Shown: in pieces, positions 1 to 8,753 of the stretch
Position numbering within the stretch: the stretch's first letter is position 1
How the letters are laid out: every line of letters starts with the position of its first letter
Source of the DNA: Candidatus Iainarchaeum sp.
Lineage (GTDB): Archaea > Iainarchaeota > Iainarchaeia > Iainarchaeales > Iainarchaeaceae
Assembly: GCA_043812975.1 (NCBI GenBank)
Contig: JBDRLP010000027.1
Span: 52,111-116,110, forward strand
Direction of reading: 5' to 3'
Length of the DNA: 64,000 nt
Translations under genes and position numbers: made by a program
Notes under the pieces: generated by a model
What the model was told of the DNA's origin: nothing
Database searches by the model: none
What the model saw: only the letters and a program-made list of their open reading frames with translations

Positions 1-197
1 AAGTTTTTCTAATAAAGGAAGCATTTCTTCTCTTATTCTATCTACTTCTTCAGTGGTTTTAGCGACTCTAATTCTGGCGTCGTAATTTTTAATCTCGAGT
101 ATAGTTCCTCTTCTAGTAAAAGGAGTTTTACAGCCAAATTTTCTCCATAATCTTGGCATTATAAAATTTAGTCTTTAGTCCTATTTAAAGGAAACCC

Positions 198-1028
198 TTA
201 TTCGCTTTTATCCGCAAAAATCCTTGCACTCCACCCAAGGTGAAGCTCTATTCCGTCTCTTCCTTCTTTAGTGTAACATCCTTCAATCAAAACTTGATCG
301 CCCTCAGAAAACCTTTCAACTTCATCACACATTTCATTCCATGCAGTCCCCCTTATTTCATTTACTCCTTCGCCAATCATAAAATTCATTACTTTTCCTT
401 TTCCTTTCCCGGTTTCGAATTCTTTTGCAGGAAAAACTCTTTTAATTTCAACTTTAACATTAACATCATTCATATTTAAATCAAGATCAGTTATACTCAC
501 AATATTTTTTTCAATTTCAGGAAGTTCAGCAGTTTCATCTTTTGCAAAAGAACTATTATAATTCAGGTTCAGTTGCAAAGTATTATTATAACTGGTTACT
601 GCGCAGTTGCTAAGTTTTAATGCAGTTCCTTTTTGGAGCCCCATTTCTGAAAACTTGTCAACATCTTTGTTCCAGAGGGTGGCTCTTATTTCTCCAGTGT
701 CATCAAGCAGAATAACACTCTGTAATTTTCCCGTTCTGCCATTTTTGTCAAAATTTTTTGGAGCATAAGCCTGTTTTAGCCTTGCGATTACATCAATATT
801 ATTCATTCCTTCTTTCAGAGAATTAATCTTTATAGCTTCAGTAGGCCTGCTATTCAAGTTAACCCCTAGTTCTTTGGCAATCATAAAAGCCGCACCTGAA
901 TCAGTTAATAATCCTGAAAATTTCTCTTTTTTCTGATCTATGAGCTGTTTAACCTCCGCATTCGTTTTTCCGCTTGAAGAAGCTATTGTTTCAACTATTC
1001 CTTGTTCTGCTGTCGCATTCATTTCCAT
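198..1028 (-). CDS. Replication protein A (RPA)-like ssDNA-binding protein with OB folds; the ORF extends to 1097, and the likely start is the internal Met at 1028
   Basis: OB-fold-like segments (EIRATLWNKDVDKF...GTALKLSNCAVTSY; VNEIRGTAWNEMCDEV...QVLIEGCYT) and an archaeal RPA-like N-terminal region; divergent to the + strand gene at 1081. Confidence 0.6.
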   Translation of the reverse strand: MEMNATAEQGIVETIASSSGKTNAEVKQLIDQKKEKFSGLLTDSGAAFMIAKELGVNLNSRPTEAIKINSLKEGMNNIDVIARLKQAYAPKNFDKNGRTGKLQSVILLDDTGEIRATLWNKDVDKFSEMGLQKGTALKLSNCAVTSYNNTLQLNLNYNSSFAKDETAELPEIEKNIVSITDLDLNMNDVNVKVEIKRVFPAKEFETGKGKGKVMNFMIGEGVNEIRGTAWNEMCDEVERFSEGDQVLIEGCYTKEGRDGIELHLGWSARIFADKSE

Positions 1029-1080
1029 CCTAAAAGTCAAGTGCTTAAAGAATAAATAACTTACTCTCAAGAAAGCTATT

Positions 1081-1728
1081 ATGTTCGAAAAAATCACTGA
1101 AAACCTTTACCGGCTCATAGTGCAGGGAAATAGCAGCAATGTTTTTCTCATAAAAGCAGATCAAAATATTCTAATTGATACCGGTCTTGAAGCTGATTCA
1201 AAAAAACTTGAACAGGCTCTTGAAAATGAGAATCTAATCCCAAAAGATATTTCATTGATTTTACATACCCATGGCCATGCTGACCACATCGGAGGCGATA
1301 TTTTGTTTCCTCGTGCTGAAAAATGGATGTCAAAGTTTGACGGTGAATTAGTAAATGAAAAAGACGATTCTTTTGTTCTTGCTTCGTGGTTTAATCAGTA
1401 TCATTACCCGGAAATAAATAATTTTTACAAAAAAAATCAGGTTTTTGAATTCGGAAACTTTTCTTTGAAAGTTATTGAAACCCCTGGTCATACTCGTGGA
1501 AGTGTTTCATTTTATGATGAAAAAAACAAAATTCTTTTTTCAGGAGATACTTTGTTCAAAGGAACAATAGGCCGTTATGATCTTAATTCCTCAAGCAAGG
1601 AAGAACTAACTGAAAGCATCAAGAAAATTTCCCAGTTGGATTATAAGATTCTTTTACCCAGCCACGGAGAAATATTACGGGAAAACCAAAAAGAGAATAT
1701 AGAAGCCGCATTTAAGTTGCTTGAATAA
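1081..1728 (+). CDS. Metallo-beta-lactamase fold hydrolase
   Basis: HTHGHADH (HxHxDH) motif, downstream TPGHTRGS and GDTLF motifs. Confidence 0.75.
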   Translation: MFEKITENLYRLIVQGNSSNVFLIKADQNILIDTGLEADSKKLEQALENENLIPKDISLILHTHGHADHIGGDILFPRAEKWMSKFDGELVNEKDDSFVLASWFNQYHYPEINNFYKKNQVFEFGNFSLKVIETPGHTRGSVSFYDEKNKILFSGDTLFKGTIGRYDLNSSSKEELTESIKKISQLDYKILLPSHGEILRENQKENIEAAFKLLE

Positions 1729-1804
1729 ATTAAACTCCTTAAAAAGCTTTCCAATCCAGATTACATTTTTATATGGTTTAGAAGTTAGTTTATTAGTTGA
1801 TTTT

Positions 1805-2584
1805 ATGGATGATGGCAAAATCTACAAGCAGATATTAAAGAGAATTCAGGAAAAAGGCGGTCTGGCTTTTACAGTAATAGACCCTCCAAACCAGGAACCA
1901 GTAACCTCAGGAAAATTAGCAAAAGTAGCTGAAGAAGCAGGAATAGACGCAATTGCTGTTGGTGGTTCTGTAGGAGCGCAAGGAGAACTTTTAGATAATA
2001 CTATTCTTCAAATAAAGGAAAATTGTTCTTTACCTGTTATTTTATTCCCTGGGAATATTGCTTCAATCAGCAAGCATGCCGATGCAATTTATTTTATGTC
2101 AATGCTTAATTCTTTAGACCCCTATTATATTACTGGAGCTCAGATAGCGTCATCTTATCCTTTAAAAAAAACAGGGTTGGAAATAATTCCAACTTCTTAT
2201 ATTATTGTTGAGCCTGGCAGAGCCGTAGGATGGGTTGGCAGAAGCCAACCAATACCAAGAGAACTTCCTTACTTAGCAGGAATAACCGCACTTGCCGGTG
2301 AATACATGGGTTCAAAGTTAGCAATTTTAGAATCAGGAGGAGGAGCCCAAAGCCCTGCCCCAAAAGAAATGATTGCTTATACAAGAAAACTAATTGATAT
2401 TCCTATTTTAGTTGCCGGCGGAGTAAAAAATGATAAATATGCTTATGATTGCATAAAAGCAGGAGCCGACATTGTTCATATTGGTACAGCAATTGAAAAT
2501 GAATCCACTAATTTTTCAAAAGCAAAAGACTTAATGAAAAAACTAGCAACTGCGGTTACAAAAGCAGGAAAAGAAAAACAATAA
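1805..2584 (+). CDS. Geranylgeranylglyceryl phosphate synthase (GGGPS/PcrB family), archaeal ether lipid biosynthesis; the ORF opens at 1721
   Basis: TIM-barrel GGGPS-like sequence (FTVIDPP, AIAVGGS, ILVAGGVKN, ADIVHIGTAIE); start taken at MDDGKIY. Confidence 0.7.
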   Translation: MDDGKIYKQILKRIQEKGGLAFTVIDPPNQEPVTSGKLAKVAEEAGIDAIAVGGSVGAQGELLDNTILQIKENCSLPVILFPGNIASISKHADAIYFMSMLNSLDPYYITGAQIASSYPLKKTGLEIIPTSYIIVEPGRAVGWVGRSQPIPRELPYLAGITALAGEYMGSKLAILESGGGAQSPAPKEMIAYTRKLIDIPILVAGGVKNDKYAYDCIKAGADIVHIGTAIENESTNFSKAKDLMKKLATAVTKAGKEKQ

Positions 2585-3457
2585 TCAGTTCATTATTTTT
2601 CTCAAAGATTCTTTAGTTGAAAATTTAAAATCGAATCCCAGAGATTTAATTTTTTTGTTAGAATAATACCTGTCTCTTACCATCCTTTTCAGATAATCCA
2701 AGTCTAATAAAGGAACGATTTTCAAGTAACCATTAATGAAAGCAATAATTTTCCCTAAAAACAGAGGAACCTTTTTCAAAGGCTTTTTCATACCGCTTTC
2801 TTTTCTAATGAATTCAGCAAGTTCTTTCAGAGTCATTGCTTCGTCATCGCAAAGCATAAAAGTTTCCTCAAAACAATTTTCATTGTTAATAGAAAACAAT
2901 ATAGCATTCACAACATTTTCCAATGAAACAAGCTGCCAATGATTGGAACCGTCTCCAATAAGCGGAAAATCCTTTCTTATTATTTTGATTATTTTATCCC
3001 AATAATGGCCTTTTCCTATTATTATTGCAGGTCTGAAAATTGTCACGGGAAAAATTTCCTGATAAGAAAGAACTTTCTGTTCTGCCTCCCATTTACTTCT
3101 TTCATACCTAGTTTCAGGGTTTGGTTCTGTTTCCTCATTTTTTAATCCATGGGTTTTCCCAAAAACAGCTACACTACTCAAAAAAATAAATTGTTTTACT
3201 CCATTTTCTGATGCTGCTTCTAAAACATTTTCAGTTCCTTTAACATTAACATCAAACAAATCAGCAGCATGTTCATCAAGCTTTGCTGCACAATGTACAA
3301 CAATATTAGCTCCCTTTAGAGATTTCTTAACCTGTTCAGTTTTAGTAACATCACAGTTCTGGCGGTTGCATTCAATAACATCAAAATGCTTTGCTTTTAG
3401 TTTTTTGACAAGTGCTTTTCCAACTAAACCATTGCTTCCTGTTACTGCAATTTTCAT
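2585..3457 (-). CDS. NAD-dependent epimerase/dehydratase (SDR family)
   Basis: N-terminal Rossmann motif VTGSNGLVGKALV, extended SDR architecture. Confidence 0.7.
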   Translation of the reverse strand: MKIAVTGSNGLVGKALVKKLKAKHFDVIECNRQNCDVTKTEQVKKSLKGANIVVHCAAKLDEHAADLFDVNVKGTENVLEAASENGVKQFIFLSSVAVFGKTHGLKNEETEPNPETRYERSKWEAEQKVLSYQEIFPVTIFRPAIIIGKGHYWDKIIKIIRKDFPLIGDGSNHWQLVSLENVVNAILFSINNENCFEETFMLCDDEAMTLKELAEFIRKESGMKKPLKKVPLFLGKIIAFINGYLKIVPLLDLDYLKRMVRDRYYSNKKIKSLGFDFKFSTKESLRKIMN

Positions 3458-4497
3458 TTTGAATTCCTCATAATCAACAATAAGTCTTTTCCAAGTTTTT
3501 TCTTTTTCACAATTCGTATTTTTAAAGTCTTTTTGAGTTTAAACGCCTTTAAACCCTGTTTAATTTCTCTGTCAGCAATAATAAAAACCAATCTATCAAA
3601 CATTTTTTTTTCTAATAATTCTGAAGCAAGTCTGTTTCCTGGTTCAATCAAAACTGTTTTGATTCCAAAAGAATAAAGCTTTCCAAAAACATCATCCAAA
3701 TCAACCCCCTTCTTTGAATCTTTTACAGTAACAACCTTTGCACCTTTCTCAAGTAACTTTTTGACTTTATTTTTCGGAGCTTTTTTTGTACAGAAAATAA
3801 TTATAGTTCCTTTTTCAGAAAACAATTTAGAATTCAAAGGGATTCTTGCTTTCGAATCAAGCACAATCCGTACAGGATTTCTTCCCTTTCTCACACTCAA
3901 TTTTGGGTTATCTTTCAAAACAGTATTGATTCCAACAAGTATTGCATTATTTTGTGTCCGCAGTTTCTGAACAAATTCTAATGCTTGTTTTCCCGAAATT
4001 TTCTTTTTTTCCCTGTTTCCGAACGAAATAAATCCGTCATTGCTCATAGCAATTTTGATTGTTATTGTTGGGGTTTTAGTCTCACAATAATTTGTTATGT
4101 AGAAGTCATATAGTTTTTTAGCTTCTTTTTCATTTGTAATCTTTACAATAATTCCGTGTTTTCTTAATTCTTTAACTCCGTTTCCTGATTCTTTGTTTGG
4201 GTCTCGCCAAGCAATAAAAACACGCTTAATTCCGGCTTCGATAATAGCTTTTGTACAGGGGGATTGCTTTCCATAATGATTACAAGGTTCAAGTGTCACA
4301 AAAAGGTCTGCTCCTTTGGCCTTTATGCCTGCTTTTTCAAGTGAGGTAGTCTCAGCATGTTTACCCCCAAATTGCTCATGAAACCCTTTTCCAACTACTT
4401 TTCCTTCCTTAACAACAATCGCTCCAACCATTGGATTTGGCCATGCATCTTTTCCTTTTTTGGCTAGTTTAATAGCTTCTGGCATGAAATTTTTCAT
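3454..4497 (-). CDS. ribD: Riboflavin biosynthesis deaminase/reductase RibD (CMP/dCMP-type deaminase plus RibD C-terminal reductase domain)
   Basis: HAE...PCxxC zinc-deaminase motif (HAETTSL...LEPCNHYGKQSPC) followed by a reductase-like C-terminal domain. Confidence 0.7.
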   Translation of the reverse strand: MKNFMPEAIKLAKKGKDAWPNPMVGAIVVKEGKVVGKGFHEQFGGKHAETTSLEKAGIKAKGADLFVTLEPCNHYGKQSPCTKAIIEAGIKRVFIAWRDPNKESGNGVKELRKHGIIVKITNEKEAKKLYDFYITNYCETKTPTITIKIAMSNDGFISFGNREKKKISGKQALEFVQKLRTQNNAILVGINTVLKDNPKLSVRKGRNPVRIVLDSKARIPLNSKLFSEKGTIIIFCTKKAPKNKVKKLLEKGAKVVTVKDSKKGVDLDDVFGKLYSFGIKTVLIEPGNRLASELLEKKMFDRLVFIIADREIKQGLKAFKLKKTLKIRIVKKKKLGKDLLLIMRNSK

Positions 4498-5324
4498 TAA
4501 AATCCTCCGGCTAATAAAAGACCCAGTTCAGGAAAAGCAAATGCCAATAAAACCCCTAAAAAAATAAAAACACCAAATCTAGGAAGATTCCTGTAAACAA
4601 AAATTTCTTTAATTCCTTTTTTTTCAAGTTCTTTTTTTTCTTTTTCCCCATAAACTCCTTTGAAGCCTTTCCCAAATTTTTCCCTTTCTTTTTCACTCAT
4701 AAAATCAAATGCAATTATTTCATCTTCCTCAATGTCTTTCAATTTTATTTTTTTGAGAAAAAATTCTTTTCTGATTCCTTTTTCAAATGCAATAAAAAGA
4801 AGTCCAAAACTAAGAGGCAGTCCGAACATAAGCAAATAATTTATTGAAACAAAACCTGTTTTTGAAAGAACAAACAAATAAACAATCAAAATTACTAGGA
4901 AACCAAGTGCTCTCATTATCCCTTGTTTGTTATACTGAAAGTTAATGCCTTTTCTGAAATATTTTATCATGTAATAAGTTGAAAGAAAAATTATTGAAGT
5001 TAAAGCAGATAAAAGAACCGCTTGAATAATGAAAACGCTATTGTTGAAGAAAGGCAAAGCCAAAGCAATTCCTGTGTAAAGCTTTACATCGCCACCGCCG
5101 ATTTTTCCTGTGTAATAGAGCGCATAACCAATTCCGAAAACTAATAATCCTAAACCTATCCCTAAAAATTCTTGTTCAATAAGGTTCATGAACAAGCCAA
5201 AAACAATTAGCGGGATTGTTATCCAGTCATAAATGTAACCGGTTTTAAAATCAACATAACCCCCGACTCCCGCGGCAAGAAGTATCGCTAGTTGTCTTAG
5301 TAAAATAAGTTCCATGTTTATCAA
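4497..5324 (-). CDS. Archaeal type IV prepilin/preflagellin peptidase (A24 family, PibD/FlaK/EppA-like)
   Basis: Polytopic membrane protein with GGGDVKL motif (second catalytic Asp of the A24 GxGD peptidases) and an early Asp-containing loop; class III signal-peptide substrates are present in the same window. Confidence 0.65.
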   Translation of the reverse strand: MINMELILLRQLAILLAAGVGGYVDFKTGYIYDWITIPLIVFGLFMNLIEQEFLGIGLGLLVFGIGYALYYTGKIGGGDVKLYTGIALALPFFNNSVFIIQAVLLSALTSIIFLSTYYMIKYFRKGINFQYNKQGIMRALGFLVILIVYLFVLSKTGFVSINYLLMFGLPLSFGLLFIAFEKGIRKEFFLKKIKLKDIEEDEIIAFDFMSEKEREKFGKGFKGVYGEKEKKELEKKGIKEIFVYRNLPRFGVFIFLGVLLAFAFPELGLLLAGGF

Positions 5325-6667
5325 CGAATTTTGAATTTTTTCTTTTTAGCAAACATTCCCTGTAACTTTTTCATGTTCATTCCTTTTCCGTCTTCAAACT
5401 TTTTAGCATCAACATTGCTGAATTGCTTGAAAACTTTTTTCATTTTCTTAAAACTTTTTATAAGCTCTCTTACTTCTTCCTGGTTAACTCCTGAGCCTTT
5501 TGCAATCCTCGCAATCCTGCTTTTGTTCATTATATCAGGATTTGTTTTTTCTGGTTTAGTCATCGAATCAATTATAACTCCAAATTTATCCAGTTTTTGT
5601 TCTCCTACTTCTGCCATTTCTTTTGGCAGTTGCTGGCTCATCCCCATCATGTCAAGGACTTTTCCCATTGGCCCCATTTTTCTTGCGGCTTTCATCTGCT
5701 GATAAAAAGTTTCTAAAGTAAATTCTCCTTTCAGGAGTTCTTCAGGATCTAATTGTTCTTCTTCCTGAACTTCTTTTGCTTTCTCAAGCAATGATTGAAG
5801 GTCACCATAACCCATTATTCTGCTTAAATAACGTGTTGCATCAAACTCCTGCAGGTCATCAGGTTTTTCTCCGGTTCCAATAAAATAAACATTTGAATTT
5901 GTTAAATGACAAGCAGCTAATGCACCTCCTCCTTTTGCTGATCCATCCATTTTCGTTATTATAACTCCATTAACGCCGACACTTTTGTGGAATGCTTCAG
6001 CCTGTTTCTTAGCTACTTGTCCGACATCTGAGCCAATCACAAGCCATTTTTCTTTTGCTTTGAAAACATTTTCAATTGCCTTTATTTCTTTTGTGAGTTC
6101 TTCATCCAGAGCACTTCTTCCTGCAGAATCACAAATAACCAAATCATAATCTTTGAATTCTTTTAACCCTTGTTCAATTATTCTCGTTGCACTCTTTTCT
6201 TTTTTATTCCCGTAAAAACCCGCTTTCACTTTTTCTGCAATAGTTTTTAGTTGTTCAAATGCAGCAGGCCTGAAAACATCTGCGGCAATAACCCCTACTT
6301 TTAATCCTCTTTTGATGTACCATTTTGCAAGCTTTCCTGTTGTTGTGGTTTTTCCGCTTCCGAACAATCCAACAAGCAAAATCTTTTCTGGTTTTTCCGG
6401 GGGTTTAACATGCCCTCCAAGAATCTCTGCAAGATTATCGTGTGTGGCTTTAATCACATGCTCTCTTCTGTTAATTCCTTTTGGCAAGTCCTGGAATGCT
6501 TCTTCTTCTATTTTTTTGCTTAATTTTAGAACTAGGTTTATTTCCATGTCAGAACTAATGAGTGCTCTTTGCAGTTCCTTGATTACTTCTTTAACCGCGG
6601 CTTTGTCAATTTCGGAACTGTTTCTCAGTTTTTCCATTGCTTTTCTCAGGTTTTCTCCAAGTCCCAT
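5321..6667 (-). CDS. srp54: Signal recognition particle protein SRP54
   Basis: SRP54 N domain, G domain with GLFGSGKTTTTGKLA and DTAGR-like motifs, M domain with a Met-rich C-terminus. Confidence 0.95.
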   Translation of the reverse strand: MGLGENLRKAMEKLRNSSEIDKAAVKEVIKELQRALISSDMEINLVLKLSKKIEEEAFQDLPKGINRREHVIKATHDNLAEILGGHVKPPEKPEKILLVGLFGSGKTTTTGKLAKWYIKRGLKVGVIAADVFRPAAFEQLKTIAEKVKAGFYGNKKEKSATRIIEQGLKEFKDYDLVICDSAGRSALDEELTKEIKAIENVFKAKEKWLVIGSDVGQVAKKQAEAFHKSVGVNGVIITKMDGSAKGGGALAACHLTNSNVYFIGTGEKPDDLQEFDATRYLSRIMGYGDLQSLLEKAKEVQEEEQLDPEELLKGEFTLETFYQQMKAARKMGPMGKVLDMMGMSQQLPKEMAEVGEQKLDKFGVIIDSMTKPEKTNPDIMNKSRIARIAKGSGVNQEEVRELIKSFKKMKKVFKQFSNVDAKKFEDGKGMNMKKLQGMFAKKKKFKIR

Positions 6668-6741
6668 AGTTATCACTAAAATATAGTAGATTGTATAATA
6701 AAAAAAGAATTAAATAGAGGGGAAAAACCCTCTTTTTGTTA

Positions 6742-6960
6742 TTAAGCCTTTGCTACTTCTTGGATTACTTTCTTTGCTTCAGTTCCTTCTTGTACTTCTT
6801 TCTTTTTGGTTCTGAAATTAGCATATGGCCTGTATTTTGTTTTAGTCCATGCTTCAGGCTGTTTTTTTCTCATTTTGAATTCTTGTGCTAAAAGTTCCAT
6901 TCTGAACTCTTCGTTAGACTCCATTCCTAATAGGTCGTTTAAAGATGTCATGTGAATCAT
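6742..6960 (-). CDS. Small hypothetical protein
   Basis: ORF only; basic C-terminus; no recognisable family. Confidence 0.3.
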   Translation of the reverse strand: MIHMTSLNDLLGMESNEEFRMELLAQEFKMRKKQPEAWTKTKYRPYANFRTKKKEVQEGTEAKKVIQEVAKA

Positions 6961-7364
6961 TCCTCCTTTTTTTCTTCGTTTTCATCAGAATCTTCTTCAG
7001 AATCATCCTCAGTCTCTTCCTCGGTTTCCTCTTCAGTTTCTTCTGCTTCTTTATCTGCTGTGTCTTCGGTCTCTGTTGCTTCTTCATCTGTGCTTGGGTC
7101 TTCGTCTGAATCTTCCTGAGTTTCTGCCTCACCATCAGCAGCTTCCTCAGAATCTCCAATAACTTCCCCAAAGCTTACTTTGCCTCTTACAGCATTAATC
7201 TTTACTTTTACTTTATCTCCTTTCTGCACGTTAGGCACTATAATCACATAGTTGTTAACTCTAGCGATTCCGTCGCCTTTTTCTCCAATTCCTTCAATTT
7301 CGACATCATAAATGTCTCCTTCTTTTACCGGAATTGCACCAAATCTTCCTCTTTTTCCGTCCAT
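6957..7364 (-). CDS. TRAM domain protein with a long acidic (D/E/T-rich) C-terminal tail
   Basis: TRAM-like beta-barrel sequence (GDIYDVEIEGIGEKGDGIARVNNYVIIVPN...GDKVKVKI) followed by about 60 residues of acidic low complexity. Confidence 0.65.
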   Translation of the reverse strand: MDGKRGRFGAIPVKEGDIYDVEIEGIGEKGDGIARVNNYVIIVPNVQKGDKVKVKINAVRGKVSFGEVIGDSEEAADGEAETQEDSDEDPSTDEEATETEDTADKEAEETEEETEEETEDDSEEDSDENEEKKEE

Positions 7365-7536
7365 TTAATTTCCCCCTTTACTTATTTTTCAAACAACGTG
7401 CGGATGCCAATCAAAACCTGTCTAATGAATTATTACTCATAGAATAAGGTTATTTGTTGAAATCCAATCCTATATTAATAGGTGCTTTTAAACTATTTAA
7501 ATGAATCCCTTTTTGCCAGAATCAGCTTATATTGAT

Positions 7537-7824
7537 TTATTTTAGCACTTCTAGGGTTCCTTGTCTGCCTGTACCTAACTGCACTTGGCCTCGGAATTCA
7601 GAGCAGTAACCATTAGAAATCTTGATTTTATCGCCCTCTTCGACCTGATCTGTCTGTTCATTCCATAGGCTAAGGCTTACTTCTCCGGTTTCATCCTTTC
7701 CTGCACAGTTACATACTGTTCCGGATCCTTTTTCATTAGCCCATTTCCTGATTTCGCCTTTTGAGGTTATTTCAAGTTCGATTTCATCAACTGGCGCTCT
7801 TGCTTTTAGTTCTGAAACTTTCAT
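7537..7824 (-). CDS. Small single-OB-fold nucleic-acid-binding protein; the annotated ORF extends to 7902 through structured non-coding sequence
   Basis: MKVSELKARAPVDEIELEI...VSLSLWNEQTD...GDKIKISNGY: OB-fold SSB-like pattern; TATA-like TTTATAG about 30 nt upstream of the ATG at 7824. Confidence 0.55.
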   Translation of the reverse strand: MKVSELKARAPVDEIELEITSKGEIRKWANEKGSGTVCNCAGKDETGEVSLSLWNEQTDQVEEGDKIKISNGYCSEFRGQVQLGTGRQGTLEVLK

Positions 7825-7927
7825 AGTAAACTCACTTAGAATATGAAAACTATAAATGCTTTTAAAACAACCGTTGCGTCGGTTGGGTGCGCGGATGTCC
7901 AACCCATCTGCGATGGGTTATAATGCC

Positions 7928-7976
7928 AAATTAGAAATCAAATAATTCTATCAATAATAAATTCAGGTTTGAATTC
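7928..7976. repeat. 49-bp direct repeat, copy 1 (duplicate of the ftsY 3' coding end plus stop)
   Basis: Identical to 8705..8753 (aaattagaaatcaaataattctatcaataataaattcaggtttgaattc); encodes ...EFKPEFIIDRII* on the minus strand. Confidence 0.9.
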
Positions 7977-8667
7977 AAGCCCTTCTGCGGATTCTTGAAA
8001 GTCTTTTTCGAGAAATTTCAAACCCCCACGAGTTTTTTGCTAGTGTTCTGAGAATATTTGGGGGCCTGCCTAAAAGCGAGTTATGGGTTTTAGCGGGGAG
8101 GTATCTTGCGGCAATTCTGTTTCGGGTTCCATGAGGCAGTAATCTTAAAGCACCCCTACTGATGTGTATTTTTGGCGGGTCTAATCTCCGTGCTGAATAA
8201 TGTTCTCCTGAAAAGTGTATGAATGCATCTATTAGTGCAGCATCAAAGTTTTTTCCTGTTGCTTTTAGAAAATCTCTTGGACCTTTCCCTTTTACCCCGT
8301 GCATTTCTGATATAATAAATGGCAGGCCAATCCTGATTTCAATCGAGCCAACAATATTGTTGGCCTTGTCTACTATTTGCAGTGTTGGTACATTGAAGTG
8401 TTCTTTGTCATTCACTATCATAAAATTACTGTATTGGATTCTGTATCCGTTTCCAAGGTCTTTCTTGAATCTTGTCATTGCACTGCAAAACGAAAATAAG
8501 TCAGCTCTGTCTTTTTCGCTTAAAGATTTCAAATCATGAGATATACTAGATATCGATATATGCGGTTCTATTTTTGTTGAAAGAATTTTTTCAGTAGTAA
8601 GAACCCCAAGTAATTCTCTTAATTGGTCGTCTAATTCTCTTTCAAGATTTTTTTGGTTCTGTCCCAT
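7975..8667 (-). CDS. 230-aa hypothetical basic protein carried by the insertion bounded by the 49-bp direct repeats; the Arg-rich C-terminal third lies in a locally GC-rich segment
   Basis: A long uninterrupted ORF in an AT-rich genome; the stop abuts repeat copy 1; the C-terminus has a weak tyrosine-recombinase box II-like pattern (HGTRNRIAARYL...SLLGRPPNI) but no confident family. Confidence 0.4.
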   Translation of the reverse strand: MGQNQKNLERELDDQLRELLGVLTTEKILSTKIEPHISISSISHDLKSLSEKDRADLFSFCSAMTRFKKDLGNGYRIQYSNFMIVNDKEHFNVPTLQIVDKANNIVGSIEIRIGLPFIISEMHGVKGKGPRDFLKATGKNFDAALIDAFIHFSGEHYSARRLDPPKIHISRGALRLLPHGTRNRIAARYLPAKTHNSLLGRPPNILRTLAKNSWGFEISRKRLSRIRRRA

Positions 8668-8704
8668 AATTTTATAATGTTCCTTGAGAATTTAAATTTT
8701 GTTA

Positions 8705-8753
8705 AAATTAGAAATCAAATAATTCTATCAATAATAAATTCAGGTTTGAATTC
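8705..8753. repeat. 49-bp direct repeat, copy 2 (the authentic 3' end of ftsY)
   Basis: Identical to 7928..7976; overlaps the last 13 codons and stop of ftsY. Confidence 0.9.

Noticed and set aside
6914-7171. ORF 6914..7171 (85 aa, extremely Lys/Arg-rich)
   Set aside because: It is an alternative frame of the acidic tail of the TRAM-domain gene. Its composition mirrors the GA-rich coding repeat and is not an independent gene.
7860-8220. GC-rich structured stretch near srp54/ftsY considered as SRP (7S) RNA or RNase P RNA
   Set aside because: I could not find the SRP RNA domain IV consensus (GNAR loop with AGGNCCGGAAGG...GCAGC), and the RNase P CR-I to CR-V blocks are absent. A single GAAAGUC match is likely chance. 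It is kept only as an unassigned structured region of the insertion.
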